Part shown: positions 27,725 to 36,272 of the stretch, one piece after another
Numbering within the stretch: the stretch's first letter is position 1
Layout: each line of letters begins with the position of its first letter
NCBI GenBank assembly: GCA_964592945.1
Contig: CAZQGK010000001.1
Coordinates: 9,224 to 49,236 of the forward strand
Direction: 5' to 3'
Source: an uncultured Candidatus Saccharibacteria bacterium
GTDB lineage: Bacteria > Patescibacteriota > Minisyncoccia > Phycocordibacterales > UBA2100
Length of the DNA stretch: 40,013 bases
The notes under the pieces: generated by a model
Database searches by the model: none
Seen by the model: the letters and a program-made list of their open reading frames with translations, nothing else
Told to the model about the DNA's origin: nothing
Position numbers and translations under genes: made by a program

Positions 27725-28470
27725 ACGACCGTGATATCACGGATATCCGTGCGGTATCGAATGACCGGCGTAATCAGGCGTGTGAGCTTCGTGACGACAA
27801 GAGTGCCGTCCTCCGATTCGACAAACGTATTAGGCACCGTGCGGAATACAGGTTTATCGGCAAGCGGCGCTTCGGCAATCGCTCCCACCTCGGGCAACCG
27901 CAAAACGAAGCGGACCGTTCGCGCGAAATCCGAGAACGGCATGAGCGTCGGCGCGTCGAATGAATCGCCGAGAACGGTAAGCGACATGAGTTTTTCCCCG
28001 CGACGTTTCAAATATGGCAACAATTTCGGGAGAGATGCGGTGTCTGTGATAAGCTGGTCGATACGATACTTCCCCGCCGCGAACATCGCGATATCGGCAT
28101 CACGTTCGCCGATGAGCGGCACCATGTTGTTTTCATAGCACCACATGGATTTCTCCAATGCCTCGTGCGAGTCCTCCAGATAGACCATTGGACGCTTCGA
28201 TGGTACGCCCCATGGTTCTTGCCCGATGTCATCGAAACTCCATTCTGAAAGGAACGGGCCCTCTGGTGTGTGAACGATTTTCACCAGCGCTTTCTCATCT
28301 TTATATCGCCGCTTGGAGAGCGGCACTTTCAGAAAATCGTTCCGTGAGACCAAAGGGAGCTCGTCAAAATTTGCAACTCTCCCCCAGATTTCGCGGTAGA
28401 ATCCGGACATTCCGCTTTTCATCACGTCATCTACGAATGCTGATATGCTGTTTTTTATTCCGTGTTCCAT
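27721..28470 (-). CDS. B-family protein B3: ligase paralogue with no P-loop
   Basis: The start is set at ATG 28470 (MEHGIKNS...), 4 nt after the A4 stop, which gives 249 aa like B1 and B2. The track start 28548 overlaps A4. Motifs are GFYREIWG, RRYKDE and FLSEWSFDDIGQEPWG. The P-loop position reads VHTPEGPF. Confidence 0.75.
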   Translation of the reverse strand: MEHGIKNSISAFVDDVMKSGMSGFYREIWGRVANFDELPLVSRNDFLKVPLSKRRYKDEKALVKIVHTPEGPFLSEWSFDDIGQEPWGVPSKRPMVYLEDSHEALEKSMWCYENNMVPLIGERDADIAMFAAGKYRIDQLITDTASLPKLLPYLKRRGEKLMSLTVLGDSFDAPTLMPFSDFARTVRFVLRLPEVGAIAEAPLADKPVFRTVPNTFVESEDGTLVVTKLTRLITPVIRYRTDIRDITVV

Positions 28471-28474
28471 GGAG

Positions 28475-29626
28475 CTATATTCGTTGCGACAACCTGACCT
28501 CTTTGCCCTTCTCCTTCTCAAGCTCCGCTCCTCCAAACTCAACCGCAAGCGGCATTATATAACCGGACTCCACGAGTGTATTAAGCGTTTTGGCGGCGGT
28601 TACAAATAACTCCTCGGAAAAACGCCGCCGTATTCGCTCTAAAAGAGCGGCGTCACCCTGTCCATCTTTCCGGTATATCTTTAGGGTTATTCTGCCTTTG
28701 AGCTTTCCCCCCGACATGACACTGTCAACGTGGACGAAATAATCATCCATCAAATCGCTGCACAACAGTGCCACCCTGTCGAATTCCTCCCTTCGCAATA
28801 TTACGCCGGCCACTTTGAGGTAATCGGACCCGCGTTTCCCCACCACTTCGAAGGTGACCTTTTCACCGCATGCGCATTCTATACTATGGAGTCTGCCAAC
28901 ATCTCCGATTTTGTACCGTTGTATGGAAATATTTCTGTTGAAATTTTTTGAGATCAATATATCACCAACCCCGCTATCGTCGGGTCCGGCTATCTCCACC
29001 GTCACGCCATCGTGCGGGTGGTACTGATTCGGAGGCAGAAATCCGCAAGAGGGTTTTGATATCTGACCGGTTTCTCCGGAAGAATATAGCATCCGTATTT
29101 CCGCGTAGGGGAAAGAAGTGCGTATCAGTATCTCGGCCTTTTTTGACAGACCCTCCCCCGTAAACCGCAGACTGTTGATTTTTCTTCTCGCCTCTTCGTC
29201 CAAATAGTCGGTCATTTTGGAGATAAAGAATGGAAATCCATACAATCTGTCGGGCGCAAAATCAGAAAGTAGCTCGGAAACACCCTGTATCATATCGCGC
29301 GCATCCATAACAATAACGCGGGACGGACTGCCCGGATCACTGTTCCTCAAGAAAAGAAGCGAGCCAAGCCTCATTCCCAATACACCTTGGCAGAGGAGCG
29401 TTCTTTTTGCGCCGGCGGGAAATGTATGGATGTTGACCCCGCTTCCCCATGCGAGAAGAAGCGGTTCGCCGCCTGATGTGCCGGACGTCATGCGCAGACC
29501 ACAACGCTTGGCCTCTTCTTTCGGCGCGGACAAAAGGTCCGCCAGCATTTTTTCGGCCACAGGCTTAAAATCCCCGCGCTCCATGACGGAAGCAGTACGC
29601 ATTTCACTTTTCTTGAAGCTTTTCAT
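28475..29626 (-). CDS. Short PaaK/F390-synthetase-like adenylate-forming ligase A4
   Basis: 383 aa with RMTSGTSGGEP (P-loop), LYSSGETG, YKIGDVGRL, CACGEKVTFEVVGKRGSDYLKVAG and a C-terminal KEKGKEVRL. Confidence 0.8.
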   Translation of the reverse strand: MKSFKKSEMRTASVMERGDFKPVAEKMLADLLSAPKEEAKRCGLRMTSGTSGGEPLLLAWGSGVNIHTFPAGAKRTLLCQGVLGMRLGSLLFLRNSDPGSPSRVIVMDARDMIQGVSELLSDFAPDRLYGFPFFISKMTDYLDEEARRKINSLRFTGEGLSKKAEILIRTSFPYAEIRMLYSSGETGQISKPSCGFLPPNQYHPHDGVTVEIAGPDDSGVGDILISKNFNRNISIQRYKIGDVGRLHSIECACGEKVTFEVVGKRGSDYLKVAGVILRREEFDRVALLCSDLMDDYFVHVDSVMSGGKLKGRITLKIYRKDGQGDAALLERIRRRFSEELFVTAAKTLNTLVESGYIMPLAVEFGGAELEKEKGKEVRLSQRI

Positions 29627-29748
29627 TTTTTACCCCACGGAATCGCGCCTTATCATAAAGACAATTGGCGTGGAGTTCACCGGGTCGAGCAATCGTATCA
29701 CCGGGGCATATGTCCTGCAAAGCAGCAGGTTCTTGTACGCACATGGAA

Positions 29749-29777
29749 TTGACAGTTTTACACATACCACGTATGGT
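29749..29777 (+). promoter_or_regulatory. Sigma70-like promoter of TctC-3 (TTGACA, 17 nt, TATGGT)
   Basis: A perfect -35 ttgaca at 29749..29754, a 17-nt spacer, and tatggt at 29772..29777. It lies about 50 nt upstream of the SD-led GTG. Confidence 0.5.
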
Positions 29778-29830
29778 TTTCATCGGCTTGTTCCCAAGCC
29801 AAAATATTTGTGGACACAAGGGAGGAATCG

Positions 29831-30799
29831 GTGCACAAATTCATCATCGGTCTTTACGCACTTGTTCTGTCCGGGATAGCTTGGTCCGCGCAGGCCGCGG
29901 AACATGCCTACCCCAACAGGACCGTTACGATTGTCGTGCCCTTCACTGCGGGCGACGGAGCGGATGTGGCCGCCAGACTTGCGGCGGAGGCACTCGCAAA
30001 GGCCCTCAAGGGGAACTTCGTCGTGATGAACAGGCCGGGCGCCGGTGGCGCTATCGGTGTGGAGTCGGTACTTCAGTCGCCGAAGGACGGCTACACGATT
30101 TTGTTCACGACCAATACCCCGTTGACGATCCGTCGCGTGGTGTATCCGGGTACGACATCCTACGATCCCTTCAAGGATCTTGTTCCGCTCGGGGTCATAG
30201 CACGTTTCCCGAGCATCCTTGCGGTACGAAACGACTCACCATACAAGAACCTGCGCGAGTTGGTCGAATACGGCAAAGGCCATCCCGGGGCGCTTGGCTT
30301 CAGCACTCCGGGATTCGGTAGTCTCGGTCAGCTGAACCTCGCGATTCTGAATGCGCAAAGCGGTGCCGGCATACGAGCCATCCTCGAATACAAGGGGTCC
30401 ACCCCGGCTGTCACCGACCTGCTCGGCGGACATGTGGACGGCGTGGCAACATCGCTCGGTGCTGCAAGCAGCCACATACGGGGAGGCGCTCTGCGGGCAA
30501 TCGCGATATCGAAAAAGTTTCCCGGTTTCGATATTCCGACACTCACGGAATCCGGATACCGGGAGGATATCCTCGGTCTCTGGGTGGGTTTCTTCGCAGT
30601 CGCGGGCACTCCGCAAGAGACGGTGGACCGTCTCGTACCGGCAATCAAGCGGATGACGGACGACCGCGGGCTCTCCGAGAAACTTCTCGGAAACGGCATG
30701 CTGTTGGAATATATTCCGCCGGCGGCCGTGGAAAAGGAGCTCGACTGGGAAACAAAAACGGTCGCGAGCATCGTTAAAAAGCTGACAGCGCCAAAGTAA
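29831..30799 (+). CDS. Bug/TctC-family solute-binding protein (TctC-3), orphan
   Basis: GTG 29831 is preferred because GGAGG lies 5 nt upstream; the track start is 29810. The signal peptide (HKFIIGLYALVLSGIAWSAQA) is followed by AEHAYPNRTVTIVVPFTAGDGADVAARL. Confidence 0.85.
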   Translation: MHKFIIGLYALVLSGIAWSAQAAEHAYPNRTVTIVVPFTAGDGADVAARLAAEALAKALKGNFVVMNRPGAGGAIGVESVLQSPKDGYTILFTTNTPLTIRRVVYPGTTSYDPFKDLVPLGVIARFPSILAVRNDSPYKNLRELVEYGKGHPGALGFSTPGFGSLGQLNLAILNAQSGAGIRAILEYKGSTPAVTDLLGGHVDGVATSLGAASSHIRGGALRAIAISKKFPGFDIPTLTESGYREDILGLWVGFFAVAGTPQETVDRLVPAIKRMTDDRGLSEKLLGNGMLLEYIPPAAVEKELDWETKTVASIVKKLTAPK

Positions 30800-30820
30800 G
30801 CTGACGCTGGCAAGCATTCA

Positions 30821-30851
30821 GAGGGGGGCCCGACGGCCCTCCTTGTTTTTT
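30821..30851 (+). terminator. Rho-independent terminator of TctC-3
   Basis: 10-bp G/C-rich stem (gaggggggcc / ggccctcctt, two G-U pairs), cgac loop, then gTTTTTT. Confidence 0.6.
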
Positions 30852-30858
30852 ATGTATC

Positions 30859-31095
30859 TCACTCAATAAATCCCCCACAGCTGATGAAAAGCATTTTGTT
30901 CGGGTTTTCTTGCTGAGCCTGAAACGATGGGTCGGTGCATGCTCTTCCAATGGCAAAGGAGAGCGTCTGGTATACCGTACGGGTAACAAACCCGTGAACG
31001 TAGAGATATGCGCCCAGAATGACGCCAAAGAGAGCCGCGGCAAACAAAACTGGGTATGTCCGCAGGTAGTGCAACACACCGTCATCGTACCACAA
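30859..31095 (-). CDS. Tail peptide C2: membrane-anchored peptide ending ...NPNKMLFISCGGFIE
   Basis: The track start is TTG 31095 (78 aa). GTG 31077, with TACGAT 6 nt upstream, is an alternative, so the start is uncertain. It has a TM helix (VLFAAALFGVILGAYLYV), and the last 15 residues are near-identical to C1. Confidence 0.7.
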   Translation of the reverse strand: MWYDDGVLHYLRTYPVLFAAALFGVILGAYLYVHGFVTRTVYQTLSFAIGRACTDPSFQAQQENPNKMLFISCGGFIE

Positions 31096-31132
31096 AAGGG
31101 CTGAACCGCGCCTATGATAGTATCAACATTTC

Positions 31133-32797
31133 ATGGCCCTCCGACCAACACCTCCTTCTCAGTTCTTTACCCCAGTGATAGGCATTGTTTGTGCATTGTT
31201 ACTTGCGTCCGGATGGTATATGTATACCTCAAAACATGACCGGACCGCTCACGCTTTTTTCTTGGAGTCCCTGACCAAGGCCGGCATACCGGCCTCGGAT
31301 AACGACTCTCTTTCGGCACTTAAACTTGCGTATGCAAAGGCACTCGCGGGGCGGTCTCCGCTTATGGCCCTCGCCGGAACCGATCCGGAGACGATGTCAC
31401 TGTCCGTGGACAAACTGGAGCAGTCGGTCGTCCGACTTTCTACCTTGCAGAAAGACCGTAACGCGGATGAACTCGTACGCTCATCGCTATATCCGATCGC
31501 ATTTCTGCGCTCCATGGCGAACCTTGAAGCAGAACGCCTTCGATTTGTTTCGTCGGGAAGCGACACGGATGAACTCGCATACGAGACCGCCCAGTACGCG
31601 GCGATACGCGCATATAAAGACGATCTGCAAAGGTTCAGACGTGCATTTTTGCGCATAGTACCCGCTGACACCGCAGAGTTTACCAACGACTCAACAGTCA
31701 TAAGCCGGGACGGCATTATACGGGCCCTTGATGAACTCGGAAACAAAATCTCGAAAACCGAAGGAGCGCTACGACAAAGAAACCGCTGTCTTGCGGGATT
31801 CATATCCGCCTGCGACAGGAACAGCCTTACTCTTCCTATTGTTCCGGTTGTCAAGGATTTTCCGGTACATGCCGAAGACATTTCCCGCGCAGAGAAGATT
31901 CGTTCAATGTTGGGCGCCGCGTTCAACAACCCAACGATCGGGAACGCGCCGATCATTCAACTTTCCCGCAGCGCTTGCACGGAGTCTATCGGACTTCCGC
32001 CGCTTTTTGTTGTGCACACAGCCCAACCGTCGCCGACAAATGATGCAACGGGTTTGCGTGTGTCTTTTGTGGGGGACCTCAAGCTATTAAAAAGCGACCT
32101 CTATAATGAGGTGCCATTTTTCAAGTACTTTGCCGATCATGGCATCAGCTACGTGTATACGCCGATGTCGTTCTACACGTGTTCCGAAACAGGCTACGAT
32201 TTTGAGCGTGTTCTTGGCGTACGCTCGGTCAGTGAGTTTTCAAATGAGTTCAACGTGAGCCAGTATGTGAGCGGCACGACGAGCGCCGCTTTGCGGAAAC
32301 TTGAGCGGGTGCTCGCGCCGACAAATAGCATCTTGCGCGAATCGGACGCAATGCAATATCTCGCTGAAACGCAGGCGCTTATAACGAGCGGTGCACTCCC
32401 CCGACCGCCTGCCGGCGCCATTGAGTACCTATCGCTACAAATAGCAAACAGGACATCAAAGTTTGATTTCATCCTCGAAAATATTGCAGTCATTGAGGAT
32501 CACAACGTCAGGCTGGCACACAGAAATATACCGGTCGCGCTGAGTGCGCAGTACCTGTTCTTTACCCGCAGTGCGTTCCCACTTCTATTTATGAGTAGTA
32601 ATACTTCCGTCAGTGGACGATACGACCGGCCTTTCAAGGAAAATAACGCGGCGTTTAAAGAGCAAGCGTACACGCTTTATTCGTCGCTCCCTGATACGGA
32701 ATCAACACGCAACAAGCTTATACGCGAAATACGCATGTATACCAATCTTCATACTTCTCCTGAAAGCGTCCCCACGGAAGAGATACTCAATAGATGA
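31133..32797 (+). CDS. D-family protein D2: membrane-anchored, uncharacterised, four conserved Cys
   Basis: 554 aa with a TM helix (VIGIVCALLLASGWYMY). Motifs are ALKLAYAKALAGRSPLMALAGTD, RCLAGFISAC, SACTES and FYTCSE. It is divergent from C2 across a 37-nt gap. Confidence 0.75.
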   Translation: MALRPTPPSQFFTPVIGIVCALLLASGWYMYTSKHDRTAHAFFLESLTKAGIPASDNDSLSALKLAYAKALAGRSPLMALAGTDPETMSLSVDKLEQSVVRLSTLQKDRNADELVRSSLYPIAFLRSMANLEAERLRFVSSGSDTDELAYETAQYAAIRAYKDDLQRFRRAFLRIVPADTAEFTNDSTVISRDGIIRALDELGNKISKTEGALRQRNRCLAGFISACDRNSLTLPIVPVVKDFPVHAEDISRAEKIRSMLGAAFNNPTIGNAPIIQLSRSACTESIGLPPLFVVHTAQPSPTNDATGLRVSFVGDLKLLKSDLYNEVPFFKYFADHGISYVYTPMSFYTCSETGYDFERVLGVRSVSEFSNEFNVSQYVSGTTSAALRKLERVLAPTNSILRESDAMQYLAETQALITSGALPRPPAGAIEYLSLQIANRTSKFDFILENIAVIEDHNVRLAHRNIPVALSAQYLFFTRSAFPLLFMSSNTSVSGRYDRPFKENNAAFKEQAYTLYSSLPDTESTRNKLIREIRMYTNLHTSPESVPTEEILNR

Positions 32798-32822
32798 GAG
32801 GGACGTGCACACTGCACGTTCG

Positions 32823-32851
32823 TTGACAGCTGCATGAGCTGCCTCTACGAT
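32823..32851 (+). promoter_or_regulatory. Sigma70-like promoter of TctC-4 (TTGACA, 17 nt, TACGAT)
   Basis: A perfect -35 ttgaca at 32823..32828, a 17-nt spacer, and tacgat at 32846..32851. A 7-3-7 inverted repeat lies immediately upstream at 32803..32819. Confidence 0.45.
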
Positions 32852-32908
32852 GCGCGCAGGCACGTACAAATATCTGTTCCGACGTGCTGAATCAGGGAGA
32901 ACGAACGC

Positions 32909-33883
32909 ATGAAGCTACGACCTGTGGCCGCGGCGCTCATCGCGCTCGCGTGCCTTGCTGCCTCTCCGGCGAAAGCCGCGGAGGAATACCCGTGCCAAGG
33001 AACGGTTCGTTTCGTCGTCGGACTCCCGGCGGGATCCACGACGGACGCCATCGTGCGTCAGATAGCGGGTGAGATGGCACCGCTTCTGAAGCGGACGATT
33101 ATCGTTGAGAACATCGTGGGCGCCGACGGTGCCCTCGGTGCGCGAAACGCGCTCGCAAGTGCAGCCGACGGGTGCAACTACCTGGCGGCGACCAACGGCA
33201 TGCTCGGCATCGAACAGAGGCTGGGGCCGCAAGGCTTCGACCTCGAAAAAGCGGTGCCGGTCGGCATGTTCGCCCGCAACTACCAAGTGCTCGTAGTTCA
33301 CCCGGCGGTTGCCGCGAATTTGGGCGAGTTGCTCGCGTACGTGAAAGCGAATCCCGGGACGCAATTCGCGCGTTCCGCGACTTCAAGTCTCATCGCTTGC
33401 GCCTACTTCGCAAAGAAGGCGGGGCTTGCGATGAAAGACATCTTCTACAAAGGCGATCCGCTGCTGATGCAGGACGTAGTTGCCGGACGTGTGCCCGTGG
33501 CATGCCCGTTCCTGTATCCGGTCCGCGGACAAATCGAGGCCGGTGCATTGCGGGCGCTCGCCATCCTTGGGCCCGGGCCGTTCAGCGAGTTGCCGACCGT
33601 CCCGGCGATTACCAATGTGCTTCCGGGCTCCGAAAAGCTCGGGGCGCTCGAGGGCCGCGGTTTCTTCGTGTGTCCTCCAGGATGTCCGGAGGCGGCCGTC
33701 GAGATGTTCTCGCGATATCTGCGGGAAATTCTCGCAAAGCCTGCAACGGTTACCCGCTTCCGCGAAAGCAGCGCGGAGGCGGTCTACATGACGCCGGGAG
33801 CAACGGCGTTGTACATCAAGTCGCAAAAAGCCCTTTTTACCGAAGTGGTGCGGGAAATCGGGCTGGAGTTCAAACCAAAATGA
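32909..33883 (+). CDS. Bug/TctC-family solute-binding protein (TctC-4), orphan
   Basis: 324 aa with SD AGGGAG upstream. The signal peptide ends PAKA and is followed by AEEYPCQGTVRFVVGLPAGSTTDAIVRQI and ...VENIVGADG. Confidence 0.8.
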   Translation: MKLRPVAAALIALACLAASPAKAAEEYPCQGTVRFVVGLPAGSTTDAIVRQIAGEMAPLLKRTIIVENIVGADGALGARNALASAADGCNYLAATNGMLGIEQRLGPQGFDLEKAVPVGMFARNYQVLVVHPAVAANLGELLAYVKANPGTQFARSATSSLIACAYFAKKAGLAMKDIFYKGDPLLMQDVVAGRVPVACPFLYPVRGQIEAGALRALAILGPGPFSELPTVPAITNVLPGSEKLGALEGRGFFVCPPGCPEAAVEMFSRYLREILAKPATVTRFRESSAEAVYMTPGATALYIKSQKALFTEVVREIGLEFKPK

Positions 33884-33897
33884 CCACGCTGGATTTG

Positions 33898-33929
33898 CCG
33901 GCGGCGCCCCTGGGTGCCGCCGGTTTCTT
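33898..33929 (+). terminator. Rho-independent terminator of TctC-4
   Basis: 11-bp stem (ccggcggcgcc / ggtgccgccgg, one G-U pair), cctg loop, then TTTCTTACTT. Confidence 0.55.
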
Positions 33930-33968
33930 ACTTGGAAGAATGTCCGCCGTGCAATACCATACGTTGAA

Positions 33969-34700
33969 ATGAGCAAAGTAGTCACAGCGCCGGAGATGTT
34001 TGTCGAATTCCTCTCTTCTGTTGAAAAACATATCCCAGAAATGGAGTGTCGTGTTTTCCCCTCCTCTTTCGATGCCAACGACCCAAATCTGCGGGCAATT
34101 CCGCGACCGGTGGATTGGCAATGGACATCGTGTGAGCGGGCGCTCCGGCACGCTAATTCCAAAGGCGTGATGATGCGGCTACCGACATTTTGGCAAATCG
34201 GATTACCGCTTCATGCTGCATGTCGTGCGGTGGGGATTCCCATTTTCGTGAACGAGCCGGAAAATATTCCCGTCGGCGCCATGGCCCTCAAAACAGGCGG
34301 CATTGATACGGTCGTCACGGAAAATCGCGACGCGGCCGCATTTGCGGAGTACCTCGTCGCGCAAAAACTGCCCATGCCGCGATTGGGAATACTCGTGCAC
34401 CGAATTGAAGACGCATGGGACGTGTCCCGCGTAGTTCTCGATACGTGGAGTCTCGTCGCGCAAGAGGTGCACGCATTTCCCGGAGTACCCGTACTCGAAC
34501 AGTGCGCCGCGCTTTCAGCAGAGAAGGCCTCGCGATTCCATCTCTCCGATTCCTATCTCTGGGAAATTACCGGCGACGAGACATTGATAACGGGCAAGAG
34601 TGGCGACCCGATACCGCTTTCCCGATACCGGCTTCCCTGTTCCCTCAAAAAATCAGGGGAATGCTCTTGCGGAAAACCCGTATTCGAGCGACGCCTATGA
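33969..34700 (+). CDS. F-family protein F1: N-domain-only ligase paralogue with no P-loop, second type
   Basis: 243 aa. The pattern EVHAFPGVPVLEQCAAL...FHLSDSYLWEI...LSRYRL...GECSCGK follows the PaaK N-domain and stops at the CxCG motif. There is no TSGTTG-type P-loop. The stop overlaps the A5 start (ATGA). Confidence 0.7.
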   Translation: MSKVVTAPEMFVEFLSSVEKHIPEMECRVFPSSFDANDPNLRAIPRPVDWQWTSCERALRHANSKGVMMRLPTFWQIGLPLHAACRAVGIPIFVNEPENIPVGAMALKTGGIDTVVTENRDAAAFAEYLVAQKLPMPRLGILVHRIEDAWDVSRVVLDTWSLVAQEVHAFPGVPVLEQCAALSAEKASRFHLSDSYLWEITGDETLITGKSGDPIPLSRYRLPCSLKKSGECSCGKPVFERRL

Positions 34701-35962
34701 TGACGCTTCAACAACTGCATGACGTGGTCGAGCTCTGCACGAAAAGCGGTACTTCCCCTTTTTACCGGAAGCTCTACGGGATGAGTGCGGACGAACCGCC
34801 GAGAAATATCACGACGTGGGACGACTGGCTCTCACTCCCCGTGTTCGGCAAAGAGCATCTGACGGGACAGACGCTTCCGGGCCGCGCCTTTCCACCGCTC
34901 CGGAACATCGACGCCGTACTCGCCTCCTCCGGTACATCCGGCAATCCTCCCGTATACAGCCCGTGGACGCTCAATGACGGCTACGGGTACCGCCTGCAGT
35001 ATCACGATTTCAAAAAGGCGACACTTTCCTCGATGCCGACACCGTTTCAGCAGGATTGGATACTGAGCAAACACCAGCAGAAAGGACGACTGATAATTTT
35101 AGACCCGCGACGGCACAAAGCATCGCTCCATCTCGCGCAGGTCATGGGTGTCGACAGTATGTTCCTTATTCTCCACCATCTGCCCGTCATTGCGGAGGAA
35201 ATGGTGCGCCTCGGCATGAACGAAAACATACGCTTCATTGAAATTGCGGGAGAGACGTGCTCGCGCTCACTATTTCTCTATATACAAAAGACGTTCCCGA
35301 ATGCGGTCGTCTGCCCCATTTACGGCTCGACCGACGTTGAGACAAGTCCTATCGGGATACCGTGCAGGCCAATTACCGGTGAAGAGCCGCTCGAGGTGTA
35401 CCACGAAGGAGAGCGCACTCACCTCGAGATAATCGACAGCGGAACAGGCGCGGTCCTGCCGGTAAAAAAAGGAGCCGAGGGCGATCTTGTCATCACTGCA
35501 TACGCCGGCGAGACAGCTACATTCCCGCTTCTACGATACAAAATCGGAGACACCGTTCGTGTTGTAGAAGAGAAATGTGAAAAACACGGGACGTGGTCGT
35601 TCACCGTTCTCGGACGCACGGAGATGGACTTTCTGAAAGTCCCCGGCGGGATCCTGCGGGCGGACTCGGTTGAGCGCACGCTTCGGGCGTTTAGCAACGT
35701 CGTATCGGACCGGTTCGAATTGCACCGGTACGAGCGCAGTACCGCGGAGGGCCTTAAGGTTGAGGTGGTGCTACATATCGAGGCGGCACGGAACACTGAC
35801 ATGGAGGCACTGGCGGGTAAGATTTCAAGCGCGTTGCATGTGGGCGCTTCGTACACGTATAACGACGGTGTAAAAGAAGGTTTGTATCTCCCCCTCATTT
35901 GTGTTCCTCTCTCGGAATCGCCGTCGAGAACGGGAAAACGCGTACGAATGTTCCGACATTAA
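34697..35962 (+). CDS. Full-length PaaK/F390-synthetase-like adenylate-forming ligase A5
   Basis: 421 aa from ATG 34697; the track start 34415 lies inside F1. Motifs are FYRKLYG...WDDWLSLPVFGKEHL, SSGTSGNPP (P-loop), YGSTDVETSP, YKIGDTVRV, GRTEMDFLKVPGG and a C-terminal GKRVR. Confidence 0.8.
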   Translation: MMTLQQLHDVVELCTKSGTSPFYRKLYGMSADEPPRNITTWDDWLSLPVFGKEHLTGQTLPGRAFPPLRNIDAVLASSGTSGNPPVYSPWTLNDGYGYRLQYHDFKKATLSSMPTPFQQDWILSKHQQKGRLIILDPRRHKASLHLAQVMGVDSMFLILHHLPVIAEEMVRLGMNENIRFIEIAGETCSRSLFLYIQKTFPNAVVCPIYGSTDVETSPIGIPCRPITGEEPLEVYHEGERTHLEIIDSGTGAVLPVKKGAEGDLVITAYAGETATFPLLRYKIGDTVRVVEEKCEKHGTWSFTVLGRTEMDFLKVPGGILRADSVERTLRAFSNVVSDRFELHRYERSTAEGLKVEVVLHIEAARNTDMEALAGKISSALHVGASYTYNDGVKEGLYLPLICVPLSESPSRTGKRVRMFRH

Positions 35963-35985
35963 ACGTAGTTCTGTACCGCCCCGCT

Positions 35986-36013
35986 TTGACAACACCTTGG
36001 AAGCCGCTACAAT
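35986..36013 (+). promoter_or_regulatory. Promoter of C3 (TTGACA, 16 nt, TACAAT) with the -10 box 7 nt from the ATG
   Basis: ttgaca at 35986..35991, a 16-nt spacer, and tacaat at 36008..36013, followed by cggagct and ATG 36021. This predicts a leaderless or near-leaderless mRNA. Confidence 0.55.
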
Positions 36014-36020
36014 CGGAGCT

Positions 36021-36272
36021 ATGCACAGGCTATCTCTTTCCGGGGTACGTCTTGTTTTGGTTGGTATTGCGGCGTTCGTTCTGGGAGTTATAGGTTTCTT
36101 TTCGTATACAGGTACGTCGCCGTCCTTCCAGAAACTATCCTGCAGCGTGCGCGACGCACTTACGAGCGTAAATATATTCCGCGATTCATCTCCTATCGCG
36201 TCTGCCGGATGTGAGAACAAAACCGGCGAGGATGGCGAGATATACTACGTAAGCTGTGGTGGCTTCTTCTGA
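36021..36272 (+). CDS. Tail peptide C3: 83-aa membrane-anchored peptide ending ...GEIYYVSCGGFF
   Basis: ATG 36021 lies within track ORF 35901..36272. It has a basic N-terminus and a TM helix (LVLVGIAAFVLGVIGFF). The C-terminal VSCGGFF is identical to C4. Confidence 0.7.
   Translation: MHRLSLSGVRLVLVGIAAFVLGVIGFFSYTGTSPSFQKLSCSVRDALTSVNIFRDSSPIASAGCENKTGEDGEIYYVSCGGFF

Noticed and set aside
34415-35962. Long N-terminal extensions of ligases A5 (from 34415) and A6 (from 36858), and of B3 (from 28548) and D1 (from 20094)
   Set aside because: Each extension runs through the conserved C-terminus or body of a neighbouring paralogue-supported gene and consists of Arg/Ser/Pro-rich translation typical of off-frame GC-rich DNA. 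Internal starts give ATGA or few-nt coupling and paralogue-consistent lengths.
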